A stretch of DNA of 38,404 nucleotides from Acidobacteriota bacterium (lineage in GTDB: Bacteria; Acidobacteriota; Vicinamibacteria; Vicinamibacterales; JAFNAJ01): assembly GCA_017860085.1 (NCBI GenBank), contig JAFNAJ010000003.1, positions 1-38,404 on the forward strand, in the 5' to 3' direction. The position numbers and the translations under genes are program-made. The notes beneath the pieces are model-generated. The model made no database searches. It was given only the letters and a program-made list of their open reading frames with translations, and had not been told where the DNA came from. Of the stretch, positions 26,521 through 34,814 are shown piece after piece. The number at the start of each line of letters is the position of its first letter. Position 1 is the stretch's first letter.

Positions 26521-27759
26521 ATGAGCATCGACACCATCGCCGCAGGGGTGCGGAGCGGCGAACGCATCGGGTTCGACGACGCGCGAGAGCTGTATCGGGA
26601 GGCGCCGCTGGCGTTGCTGGGTGCGTTGGCCCATGGTATTCGCCTGGGGCGGCACCCGGAAGGCGTAGTCACCTACATCATCGACCGCAACGTCAACTAC
26701 ACGAACATCTGCGTCGCGCGCTGCAACTTCTGCGCGTTCTACCGCCCGGTGGGCTCGCCCGACGGCTACGTGCTGTCGTTTGACGAACTGTTCAGGAAGA
26801 TCGACGAAACCCTGGCGGTCGGCGGACAACAACTGCTGCTGCAAGGCGGGCACAACCCTGACCTGCCGCTCGAGTGGTACCTGGACCTGTTCCGTGCTGT
26901 GAAGGCCCGGTACCCGGAGCTTCGCCTGCACGCCCTGTCGCCCCCCGAAGTCGTTCACCTCTCGCGGCTGTCGCGACTGCCCGTGCGCGAGGTCATCGAT
27001 CGCCTGGTGGCCGCCGGTCTCGACAGCATTCCGGGAGGCGGCGCGGAGATTCTCGTCGACCGAGTGAGGAAGCTGCTCAACTGCTATACCAAGGCCACCG
27101 CGGACGAGTGGCTGGGGGTGATGCGCGAGGCGCACCGGGCGGGGCTCCGGACGACGGCCACGATGATGTACGGCAGCGTGGAGACGCCGGACGAACGCCT
27201 CGAGCACATGTTCCGCCTGCGGGAGCTTCAGGACGAAACGCGGGGCTTCACGGCCTTCATCGCGTGGAGCTATCAGCCCGAGCACACCGAGCTGCAGGGG
27301 GTCGAGGCCACCGCGGTCGAGTACTTGCGCACACTGGCCACCGCACGCATCGTGCTCGACAACTTTGACAACCTGCAGGCGTCGTGGGTCACCCAGGGGG
27401 GCAAGGTGGGGCAGCTCAGCCTGGCCTTTGGCGCCAACGACATGGGCAGCGTGATGATCGAGGAGAACGTCGTCCGTGCGGCCGGTGCGAGCTATTGCAT
27501 GGACGAGGTGGAGATCGTCCGCAACATCGAGGACGCCGGTTTCGTGCCGAAGCGCCGGACGATGCACTACGAGATCGTTGGCGATCCCGTGTTTCGCGCC
27601 CGCGAGGTGCCGCGCCGTTTCGGACTCGACGTGGCCAAGCACGAAGGCGAGGCGTCCATCCCAAGCGAGCTGGCGTCGTACCGGGGCAGGAGCCGAGCGG
27701 CTCGTGACGCGCGGCGCAGCGAGCCGCCGGGCGGGGCCCCGACGTCGGCCCCAGAGTAG
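26521..27759 (+). CDS. Radical-SAM menaquinone biosynthesis enzyme, MqnE/MqnC family (aminofutalosine synthase or cyclic dehypoxanthinyl-futalosine synthase); about 50-aa low-complexity C-terminal tail
   Basis: NVNYTNICVARCNFCAFYR (CxxxCxxC at nt 26710-26733), LLLQGG, MMYGSVET, ARIVLDNFDNLQASW. The true start is ATG 26521 inside the longer track ORF 25684-27759. Confidence 0.85.
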   Translation: MSIDTIAAGVRSGERIGFDDARELYREAPLALLGALAHGIRLGRHPEGVVTYIIDRNVNYTNICVARCNFCAFYRPVGSPDGYVLSFDELFRKIDETLAVGGQQLLLQGGHNPDLPLEWYLDLFRAVKARYPELRLHALSPPEVVHLSRLSRLPVREVIDRLVAAGLDSIPGGGAEILVDRVRKLLNCYTKATADEWLGVMREAHRAGLRTTATMMYGSVETPDERLEHMFRLRELQDETRGFTAFIAWSYQPEHTELQGVEATAVEYLRTLATARIVLDNFDNLQASWVTQGGKVGQLSLAFGANDMGSVMIEENVVRAAGASYCMDEVEIVRNIEDAGFVPKRRTMHYEIVGDPVFRAREVPRRFGLDVAKHEGEASIPSELASYRGRSRAARDARRSEPPGGAPTSAPE

Positions 27760-27762
27760 CCG

Positions 27763-29058
27763 GTGCAGGTCCTGATGCCCGGCGAGATTCTCGTCGTGCG
27801 TGCCGCGCACGTCCTGCCGGTGGGCACGCCGCCCGTCCGGGACGGTGCCGTCGCGATTGAAGACCACCGGATCGTCGCCGTGGGGCCGGCCGCGATGGTG
27901 CAGGCGACGGTGAGCGAGCGCGTGTCCGCAGGACGCGTGGGTGGCTCGCCCACCTTGCGGGACCTGGGGTCCGTCGCGCTGCTGCCCGGGCTGGTGAATT
28001 CGCACACGCACCTCGAGCTGTCGTGGCTCAGCGGGCGAGTGCCGCCGGCATCGACGCTGCCCGCGTGGGTGCGAACGCTGCTGGCCGCGCGAAGGGCGGC
28101 AGGTGGCGATGATGCTGCAGCCGTGGGGCCCGCGTTACGAAGCGCTCGCGAGGCTGGAACGGTGGCCGTGGGTGACATCGGCAACGGGACGTCGGCCTAC
28201 GCCAGCTTGACGGAGGCCGTGTTCGACGCGGTGGCGTTCTACGAGATCATCGGGTTCGCGCCCGAGAACCCGGACCGGCTCGTGGATGCGGCCGTCGCCG
28301 AGATCGAGGCGCTGCCCTCGAGCCCGACGGTGCGGCCCGCGTTGGCCGCGCACGCGCCATACTCGGTGCATCCCGACACCCTGCGCCGCCTGGGGCGCGA
28401 GCGCCAGGAGCGCGGACGACGCCCGATGAGCGTGCACCTCGGCGAGTCGGGCGAGGAGGGCGAGTTCCTCGCCTCCGGAACCGGGGCGTGGCGTGCTCTG
28501 CTTGGCGAGCTCGGCACATGGAACCCCTCCTGGAAGGCTCCGGCCACGACCCCGGCGGCTTATCTCGAAGCCCTCGGGTTCCTCGGTCCCGGGGTGCTGG
28601 CCGTCCACGGGGTGCACCTCGGCGATGGGGACCTGGAACGGTTGGCGCGTCTCGACGTGACCCTGGTGACCTGTCCTCGGAGCAACCTGTGGACCGGGGT
28701 GGGCGCGCCGCCCATCGATCGGTTCTATGCGTCCGGAGTCAAGGTGGCAGTCGGCACCGACAGCCTGGCGAGCAACACCGACCTCAGCGTCTTCGCCGAG
28801 TTGGAAACGCTGCGTCGCCTGAGCCGAGACGTGCCGGCATCGCGTCTCATCGAGAGTGCGACGCTGAGGGGCGCCGAGGCCCTGGGCCTCGGGGCAGAGT
28901 TGGGCAGCATCGCCCCGGGCAGGCGTGCTGCGCTGGTGGCGGTCGATGTCCCGCCGTCGACAGTGGACGTCGAGGAGTATCTGGTGGGCGGGATTCCCCC
29001 GGATCGAATCCGATGGGTGACCTCGCCCGAGAGCTGGCGACTGGACAGGCCGTGCTGA
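27763..29058 (+). CDS. Amidohydrolase-superfamily deaminase (candidate aminodeoxyfutalosine deaminase); alternative start ATG 27775
   Basis: LLPGLVNSHTHLELS (HxH metal motif), AVHGVHL, VAVGTDSLASN. Located between mqnE/C and mqnP. Confidence 0.72.
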   Translation: MQVLMPGEILVVRAAHVLPVGTPPVRDGAVAIEDHRIVAVGPAAMVQATVSERVSAGRVGGSPTLRDLGSVALLPGLVNSHTHLELSWLSGRVPPASTLPAWVRTLLAARRAAGGDDAAAVGPALRSAREAGTVAVGDIGNGTSAYASLTEAVFDAVAFYEIIGFAPENPDRLVDAAVAEIEALPSSPTVRPALAAHAPYSVHPDTLRRLGRERQERGRRPMSVHLGESGEEGEFLASGTGAWRALLGELGTWNPSWKAPATTPAAYLEALGFLGPGVLAVHGVHLGDGDLERLARLDVTLVTCPRSNLWTGVGAPPIDRFYASGVKVAVGTDSLASNTDLSVFAELETLRRLSRDVPASRLIESATLRGAEALGLGAELGSIAPGRRAALVAVDVPPSTVDVEEYLVGGIPPDRIRWVTSPESWRLDRPC

Positions 29059-29906
29059 CCAAGCTGCGCATCTACGCATCGTTCGTGCGGGTGAACCACT
29101 CGGTGTTCGCCTTGCCGTTCGCGCTGGTCGGCGCGCTGCTCGCCGCCCGCGTGACCCCGCTGACCCTGTCGAGGGTCGGGTGGATCGTCGGGGCGATGGT
29201 CACGGCGAGGAGCGCAGCGATGGGGTTCAACCGCCTCGTTGACCGGCGGTTCGACGCCCTGAATCCGAGGACGGCGATGCGGGAGCTGCCGCGGGGGGTC
29301 ATGTCGCCCCTCGAGGCGTCGGTTTTCGTCGGGGCGGCCTCCTGCGCGTTCGTGTTCTGCGCCTGGAACCTCGGACCGCTCTGCTTCGCGTTGTCGCCCG
29401 TCGCTCTCGCCATCGTGTTCTGGTATTCGCTCGCCAAGCGCGTCACGTGGATGACCCAGTTCTTCCTGGGGCTGGCCATGGCGGTGGCGCCGGTCGGCGG
29501 GTGGCTCGCGGCCGGTGGGGGCATCTCGTGGGAGCCGGTTCTCCTGGCCGTTGCGATCGGGTCGTGGGTGGGAGGCTTCGACGTGCTGTACGCCTGCCAG
29601 GACGTGGAGTTCGATCGCGCGCATGGCCTTCGATCGATCCCCGTGCGGTTTGGCATCCGCGGGGCGCTCGGCATCTCACGCCTGCTGCATGTCGTCACCA
29701 TCTTCACCCTGGCGATGCTCGGCGTGACGGCTGGCCTCGGAGCGGTGTACTTCGGAGGCGTGGTCCTCGTGGCGGCCCTGCTGGCCTACGAGCAGTCGCT
29801 CGTGAGCCCGCACGACCTGTCCCAGGTCAAGCGCGCGTTTGACCTCAACGGCTACGTTGGCATCCTCTACCTCGTGATCACAGGGATTGCGCTCTATGTC
29901 GAATGA
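29013..29906 (+). CDS. mqnP: UbiA-family aromatic prenyltransferase (MqnP-like); alternative start GTG 29052
   Basis: FVRVNHSVFALPFALVGALLA, GFNRLVDRRFDALNPRT (NxxxDxxxD), second Asp-rich region YACQDVEFDRAHG. Multiple TM helices. Confidence 0.8.
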   Translation: MGDLARELATGQAVLTKLRIYASFVRVNHSVFALPFALVGALLAARVTPLTLSRVGWIVGAMVTARSAAMGFNRLVDRRFDALNPRTAMRELPRGVMSPLEASVFVGAASCAFVFCAWNLGPLCFALSPVALAIVFWYSLAKRVTWMTQFFLGLAMAVAPVGGWLAAGGGISWEPVLLAVAIGSWVGGFDVLYACQDVEFDRAHGLRSIPVRFGIRGALGISRLLHVVTIFTLAMLGVTAGLGAVYFGGVVLVAALLAYEQSLVSPHDLSQVKRAFDLNGYVGILYLVITGIALYVE

Positions 29907-30519
29907 GCCTGCCGTCGGTCGCCGCAACGTGGCCCTCGCGGTCACGGGTGCCAGTGGCGCCATCTACGCCGTGCGGACCCTCGCCGCCCTGCTCGAGCAG
30001 GGGTGCGAGGTCGACGTGGTCTTGTCGGAGTTCGGCCGCCGGCTGTTGCGTGACGAAATGGGGGAGGCGGCGGCGGTCGACCGGCTGCCGGCGTTTCTCG
30101 AGGAGCGCTACGGCGCGGGCGTGCGGAAGGGGAGCCTCGTCTTGCACAGCAACCGCGACCTCGGTGCCAAGCTCGCCAGCGGCAGCCAGCGGTGCGAAGG
30201 CATGGCGATCGTGCCCTGTTCGATGAAGACGCTGGCGGGTGTCGCCCATGGGCTCTCGCGGACGTTGGTGGAGAGGGCCGCGGACGTGATGCTCAAGGAG
30301 CGGCGCCGGCTCGTGCTCGTGCCCCGGGAAACGCCCATGAGCCTGCCCCAGCTGCGCAACATGGTGACGTGCGCCGAGGCAGGGGCGATCGTGCTGCCGG
30401 CCATGCCGGCGTTTTACCACCAGCCTCGGACCATCGACGATCTGGCCGACTTCGTCGCCGGCAAGATCCTGTCCGTGCTCGGCTTCGAGCACCACCTGTA
30501 CCCGTCGTGGAAGGGCTGA
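29896..30519 (+). CDS. ubiX: UbiX-family flavin prenyltransferase (MqnL-like)
   Basis: VALAVTGASGAIYAVRTL, IVPCSMKTLAGVAHG, RRRLVLVPRETP. The track ORF begins at TTG 29887; ATG 29896 is preferred. Confidence 0.85.
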   Translation: MSNEPAVGRRNVALAVTGASGAIYAVRTLAALLEQGCEVDVVLSEFGRRLLRDEMGEAAAVDRLPAFLEERYGAGVRKGSLVLHSNRDLGAKLASGSQRCEGMAIVPCSMKTLAGVAHGLSRTLVERAADVMLKERRRLVLVPRETPMSLPQLRNMVTCAEAGAIVLPAMPAFYHQPRTIDDLADFVAGKILSVLGFEHHLYPSWKG

Positions 30520-31310
30520 ACCACGCGGGGCCGGACAAGCACCCGCACGCGATCGCGGGGATGTTCGACGCCATCGCGCGGCGATACGACTTCCTCAATC
30601 ACCTGCTGAGCGGCGGGCTCGACCGGCGCTGGCGCGCGCGTGCGGTGCGCGAGCTGGCGTTCCAGGGGCACGAGGTCGTGCTGGATCTCTGTACCGGGAC
30701 GGCCGACCTCGCGATTGCGGCGATCGAGGCGCGGCAGGGCGCGGCGCGGCGCGTGCTGGGCGTCGACTTTGCGGGCGAGATGCTCCGGATCGGGCAGCAG
30801 AAGCTGCGGGCGGCCTCGCACGATGGCAGGGTCCCGCTCGTGCGCGGCGATGCCGTGCGCCTGCCGGTGGCATCGGCCTCCGTGCACTGCGCGATGGTCG
30901 CGTTTGGCATCCGCAACGTGGTCGACCCGGCCGCCGCCTGTGTCGAGGTGCACCGGGTGCTACGTCCGGGTGGGCGTTTCGCCGTGCTCGAGTTCGCCAT
31001 GCCCAGGACACCGGTGCTGCGCAGCGTGTATGCCTGGTACTTCCGTCACGTGCTGCCGAGGATCGGGCGCGCCGTCTCGCGGCACGACGCGGCCTACGAC
31101 TACCTGCCGGCATCGGTTGGCACGTTCTTCCCTCCGGAGACGTTCATCGCCATCGTCGAACGTGCCGGGTTCACGCGCGTTCGTGCCATCCCCCTGACCT
31201 TCGGCATCGTCTATCTCTATGTGGCGGAGAAGCCCCGGGCCACCGGGGAAACGGCCGGAGGGATGGGCCGCGGGGGCGCTTCGAACGGGCCGGCTGCTAC
31301 AATGATGTGA
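30507..31310 (+). CDS. ubiE: Demethylmenaquinone/ubiquinone C-methyltransferase (UbiE/MenG)
   Basis: MFDAIARRYDFLNHLLSGGLDRRWR, SAM motif VLDLCTGTADLA, FGIRNV, RVLRPGGRFAVLEF. Start inferred at GTG 30507 inside track ORF 30192-31310. Confidence 0.85.
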   Translation: MEGLNHAGPDKHPHAIAGMFDAIARRYDFLNHLLSGGLDRRWRARAVRELAFQGHEVVLDLCTGTADLAIAAIEARQGAARRVLGVDFAGEMLRIGQQKLRAASHDGRVPLVRGDAVRLPVASASVHCAMVAFGIRNVVDPAAACVEVHRVLRPGGRFAVLEFAMPRTPVLRSVYAWYFRHVLPRIGRAVSRHDAAYDYLPASVGTFFPPETFIAIVERAGFTRVRAIPLTFGIVYLYVAEKPRATGETAGGMGRGGASNGPAATMM

Positions 31311-31317
31311 TCGGCTC

Positions 31318-32280
31318 ATGTACTTCGATTTTGACGACAGGCGTCCGGACACCCCGACGCTCGACGCCCCGATGTCACGCCGCGAGGCGGGCGTGCTCTC
31401 GGTGTTCCTGCACCTGGTCGTCCTTCTGGCCCTGATCTACGCTCCCAGGATCCCCTGGGTGCAGGCCGCGATGGTGCGCGCGCAGCAGGCCGTCGAGCAG
31501 CGGGTGGCCCAGCAGATCGAGCGCCTGCAGCGAGACCAGCCACGCTACGTCTTCGTGCAGCCGCGGATCGACACCCCGGCCCCGGCGCCACCGCCCAGGG
31601 CGTTTTTCTCGGATCAGGACCGCGTGGCGCGATCGGTCGAGCGCGCACCCGTGCCGGAGAATGAACTCCCGTTCTCACGGGGCAACACGACCGAGTTCGT
31701 CGAGTCGCAGCAGAGCGCTCGCGCGCGCGGACAGGGTCCGGCGCCAGAGCCGGGCGACGCGGCAGCCCAAGGTGACCAGGCCCAACGTTCGAACGGCGGC
31801 AGCACGGCCTACCTGGGCACCCGGCCAGGCGCCTCGACGAACCCGGGAACCGCGCGCGCCGCGGGGGGGAACCTGGGCGACGCGCTCCGCAATCTCGATC
31901 GCTACGTCCAGGACCAGAACTTCGACAACCGACAAGGGACTGGAGCGTTCGGCCCGGCCATTCAGTTCGACACCAAGGGCGTCGAGTTCGGCCCGTGGAT
32001 CCGCCGCTTCGTCGCTCAGATCAAGCGTAACTGGTTCATCCCGATGGCGGCCATGTCGATGAGCGGCCACGTCGTGATTACCTTCAACGTCCACAAGGAC
32101 GGCCGCATCACCGACCTGACGATCGTCGGCCCGTCGTCGGTGGACGCGTTCAACAACGCAGCCTTCAACGCCTTGCTGCAGTCGAACCCCACGCAGCCGC
32201 TGCCGCCGGAGTACCCGTCCGACAAGGCGTTCTTCACGGTCACCTTCTTCTACAACGAGTCGCCGCCGCCGTCGCAATAG
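31318..32280 (+). CDS. TonB-family protein (N-terminal TM anchor, low-complexity linker, TonB C-terminal domain)
   Basis: TM AGVLSVFLHLVVLLALIY. Linker with PAPAPPP. C-terminus WIRRFVAQIKRNWFIP..GHVVITFNVHKDGRITDLTIVGPSSVDAFNNAAFNAL. Confidence 0.7.
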   Translation: MYFDFDDRRPDTPTLDAPMSRREAGVLSVFLHLVVLLALIYAPRIPWVQAAMVRAQQAVEQRVAQQIERLQRDQPRYVFVQPRIDTPAPAPPPRAFFSDQDRVARSVERAPVPENELPFSRGNTTEFVESQQSARARGQGPAPEPGDAAAQGDQAQRSNGGSTAYLGTRPGASTNPGTARAAGGNLGDALRNLDRYVQDQNFDNRQGTGAFGPAIQFDTKGVEFGPWIRRFVAQIKRNWFIPMAAMSMSGHVVITFNVHKDGRITDLTIVGPSSVDAFNNAAFNALLQSNPTQPLPPEYPSDKAFFTVTFFYNESPPPSQ

Positions 32281-32306
32281 AGGCGACGGCTCCGGCGAGG
32301 ACTCCC

Positions 32307-32399
32307 GTGCCGACGCGCGTGCAGCAACTGGGCCTGATCGTCGCCTTGACCCTGCTCGGTCTGCTGCTCGTCGCCCGCCTGCTCCTGGCGAGCGGATGA
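32307..32399 (+). CDS. Candidate 30-aa single-pass membrane micropeptide (VPTRVQQLGLIVALTLLGLLLVARLLLASG)
   Basis: GTG start preceded by GAGGA at 32297-32301 (5-nt spacing). One hydrophobic helix. The stop overlaps the miaA ATG (ATGA at 32396-32399). Below the size cutoff of the ORF track. Confidence 0.3.
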   Translation: MPTRVQQLGLIVALTLLGLLLVARLLLASG

Positions 32400-33340
32400 G
32401 TCACGTCTCCCCGGTGGTCGTGGCCATCGTCGGGCCGACGGCGACGGGCAAGAGCGCGCTCGGCATCGCGCTGGCGCAGCGCTTCGGCGGCGAGGTCGTC
32501 AACTGCGACTCGACCGCCGTCTACCGCGGATTCGACATCGGGACCGACAAGGTCGCGTCAGATGAACGCCAGGGGGTCCCGCACCATCTCATCGACATCG
32601 TCGAGCCCTCCGAAACGTACTCGGCCGCCCGGTACGCCCGCGATGCGGCGGCGATCATCCACGACATCGTGACCCGCGGGCGGCTGCCGATCGTGGTTGG
32701 CGGCACCGGTCTGTACTACCGTGCCCTCACGCGCGGTCTCTTTCCAGGCCCGGCGAGGGACGACCGCCTCCGCGGCCGTCTCGAGACCGTGGCTCGCCGC
32801 CACGGCGTGGAGCGCCTGCACCGGCTGCTGCGCGAGAAGGACCCGGCATCGGGGGCGCGCGTCCTGCCGCGCGACCTCAAGCGCATCGTGCGGGCGCTCG
32901 AGGTGTACTACCTGACGGGGCGTCCGATCTCCGACCACTTCGCCGACACGCGATCGCCGCTCGAAGGGCACGAGGTCGTGACGCTGGCCATCTCGTTGTC
33001 GAGCGCGCTCATAGGCGAACGGGTCGCGCGGCGAGTCGACCTGCAGTTCGACCGCGGCATCGTGCAGGAGGTCCGACGGCTGCTCGACGCCGGCGTGCCG
33101 GACACCGCGCACCCGTTCTCGGGCCTGGTCTACAAGCAGGTGCTCGAGTTCCTGCACGGCGTGCGCGACGAGGCCGCCACGCGCGCGCTCATCGTGCAGG
33201 AGAACCGTCGTTACGCTCGACGGCAGTTGATCTGGTTCAGGAAAGAGCCTAATCTACTCTGGCTGCACGAGCCAGGCGAGGCCTCGTCGACAATCGAACG
33301 CGCGGTGGCCGCGCTTCGCGAGAGGGGAGTGGTGCGCTAG
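32396..33340 (+). CDS. miaA: tRNA dimethylallyltransferase
   Basis: VVAIVGPTATGKSALGIALA, NCDSTAVYRGFDIGTDK, PHHLIDIV, GGTGLYYRAL. Confidence 0.95.
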   Translation: MSHVSPVVVAIVGPTATGKSALGIALAQRFGGEVVNCDSTAVYRGFDIGTDKVASDERQGVPHHLIDIVEPSETYSAARYARDAAAIIHDIVTRGRLPIVVGGTGLYYRALTRGLFPGPARDDRLRGRLETVARRHGVERLHRLLREKDPASGARVLPRDLKRIVRALEVYYLTGRPISDHFADTRSPLEGHEVVTLAISLSSALIGERVARRVDLQFDRGIVQEVRRLLDAGVPDTAHPFSGLVYKQVLEFLHGVRDEAATRALIVQENRRYARRQLIWFRKEPNLLWLHEPGEASSTIERAVAALRERGVVR

Positions 33341-33595
33341 ATGTCGCAGGTGAATCAGAAGCCATCCGTGGCTGTGCCCAACATCCAGGATGGGTTTCTC
33401 AACCACGCCCGGCGAGACCGCTCCTCGGTGGTCCTTCGACTCATGGACGGGACGAGCTTCGACGCGCGCATCAAGACCTTCGACAAGTTCGCGATCATCG
33501 TCGAACACGAGGGCGCCGACGTGATGATCTTCAAGCACGCGATCGCGTCGATCCGCACGTCGCGAGCCACCGGCAGCGTCCACCCCGAGTCATAG
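33341..33595 (+). CDS. hfq: RNA chaperone Hfq
   Basis: NIQDGFLNHARRDRSSVVLRLMDGTSFDARIKTFDKFAIIVEHEGADVMIFKHAIASI (Sm1/Sm2 motifs). Conserved miaA-hfq order. Confidence 0.9.
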   Translation: MSQVNQKPSVAVPNIQDGFLNHARRDRSSVVLRLMDGTSFDARIKTFDKFAIIVEHEGADVMIFKHAIASIRTSRATGSVHPES

Positions 33596-33598
33596 TCC

Positions 33599-34810
33599 GT
33601 GACGCAGCACCTCGCGCCAGCCCGGGCCATCGTCCTCGTCCTCGACGGTGCCGGCATCGGCGAGCTGCCCGACGCGGCCGACTACGGCGACGAGGGCAGC
33701 AACACGATTGGCAACGTGGCCCGCACCGCGGGGCTGAAGGTTCCCACGCTCGCTCGCCTCGGGTTGTCGCGCCTCGTCGATCTCGGGGATGCGTCGATCG
33801 CTGAGCGGCCGACCGGCGCGTTCGGCCGCATGGCGGAGGCCTCGCCTGGCAAGGACTCGGTCACGGGGCACTGGGAGATCACCGGCCTGAGGCTCGACCA
33901 GCCCTTCCCCGTGTTCCCACAGGGGTTTCCCCCGGAGATCCTGCGCCCGTTCGAGGCGCGGATTGGACGGACGGCCCTTGCCAACAAGGTGGCGTCGGGC
34001 ACGGCCATCATCGAGGAGCTGGGCGACGCGCACGTCGAGACCGGCCAGCCGATCGTCTACACGTCGGCCGACAGCGTGTTCCAGATCGCCGTGCACGAGT
34101 CGGTGGTTCCCCTCGACGAGCTCTACCGCTGGTGCGAGGTCGCCTTCGAGATCGCGTGTCAGGCGCACGGCGTGGGGCGCGTGATTGCCCGGCCGTTCGT
34201 CGGCGAGTCTGGCGCCTACACCAGGGACTCGGCGCGTCGTCGCGATTTCTCGCTGCCGCCACGCGACGAGACCCTGCTCGACCGGCTCACGCAAGCCGGT
34301 GTGCCGGTCGTGGCCATCGGCAAGATCGAGGACCTGTTTGCCGGGCGCGGCATCAGTCGATCGACCCACACCAGGAGCGACGCAGAAGGTCTCGATGTGG
34401 TCGAGCAGGAGCTTGCCGCGACCCCGCGGGGATTGATCTTCGCCAATCTCGTCGATCTCGACACGATGTACGGCCACCGCAACGACCCGGCCGGGTACGC
34501 GGCCAACCTCGAGCGTCTCGATCAGGGAATCGCCAGGCTCCTCCCGCGGCTCACGCCGCGTGACGTCCTTTTCATCACCGCCGATCACGGCAACGACCCG
34601 ACGACGCCGAGCACCGATCACTCGCGCGAGTACGTGCCGCTTCTCGTAACGGGCGCGTTGGTGCGTCGCGTCGATCTCGGCACACGCCCGACGTTCGCCG
34701 ACCTGGGGCAGACGCTGAGCGAACTCTTCGGGGTTGGGCCTCTGGCCAACGGGACGAGCTTTCTGGGCGATATCCTGGCGTCGGAGCGGACCGGCCGGAC
34801 GGCGCATTGA
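33599..34810 (+). CDS. deoB: Phosphopentomutase
   Basis: IVLVLDGAGIGELPDA..YGDEGSNT, GKDSVTGHWE, YTSADSVFQIA, FANLVDLDTMYGHRND, ITADHGNDPT. Confidence 0.9.
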   Translation: MTQHLAPARAIVLVLDGAGIGELPDAADYGDEGSNTIGNVARTAGLKVPTLARLGLSRLVDLGDASIAERPTGAFGRMAEASPGKDSVTGHWEITGLRLDQPFPVFPQGFPPEILRPFEARIGRTALANKVASGTAIIEELGDAHVETGQPIVYTSADSVFQIAVHESVVPLDELYRWCEVAFEIACQAHGVGRVIARPFVGESGAYTRDSARRRDFSLPPRDETLLDRLTQAGVPVVAIGKIEDLFAGRGISRSTHTRSDAEGLDVVEQELAATPRGLIFANLVDLDTMYGHRNDPAGYAANLERLDQGIARLLPRLTPRDVLFITADHGNDPTTPSTDHSREYVPLLVTGALVRRVDLGTRPTFADLGQTLSELFGVGPLANGTSFLGDILASERTGRTAH

Positions 34811-34814
34811 GATC

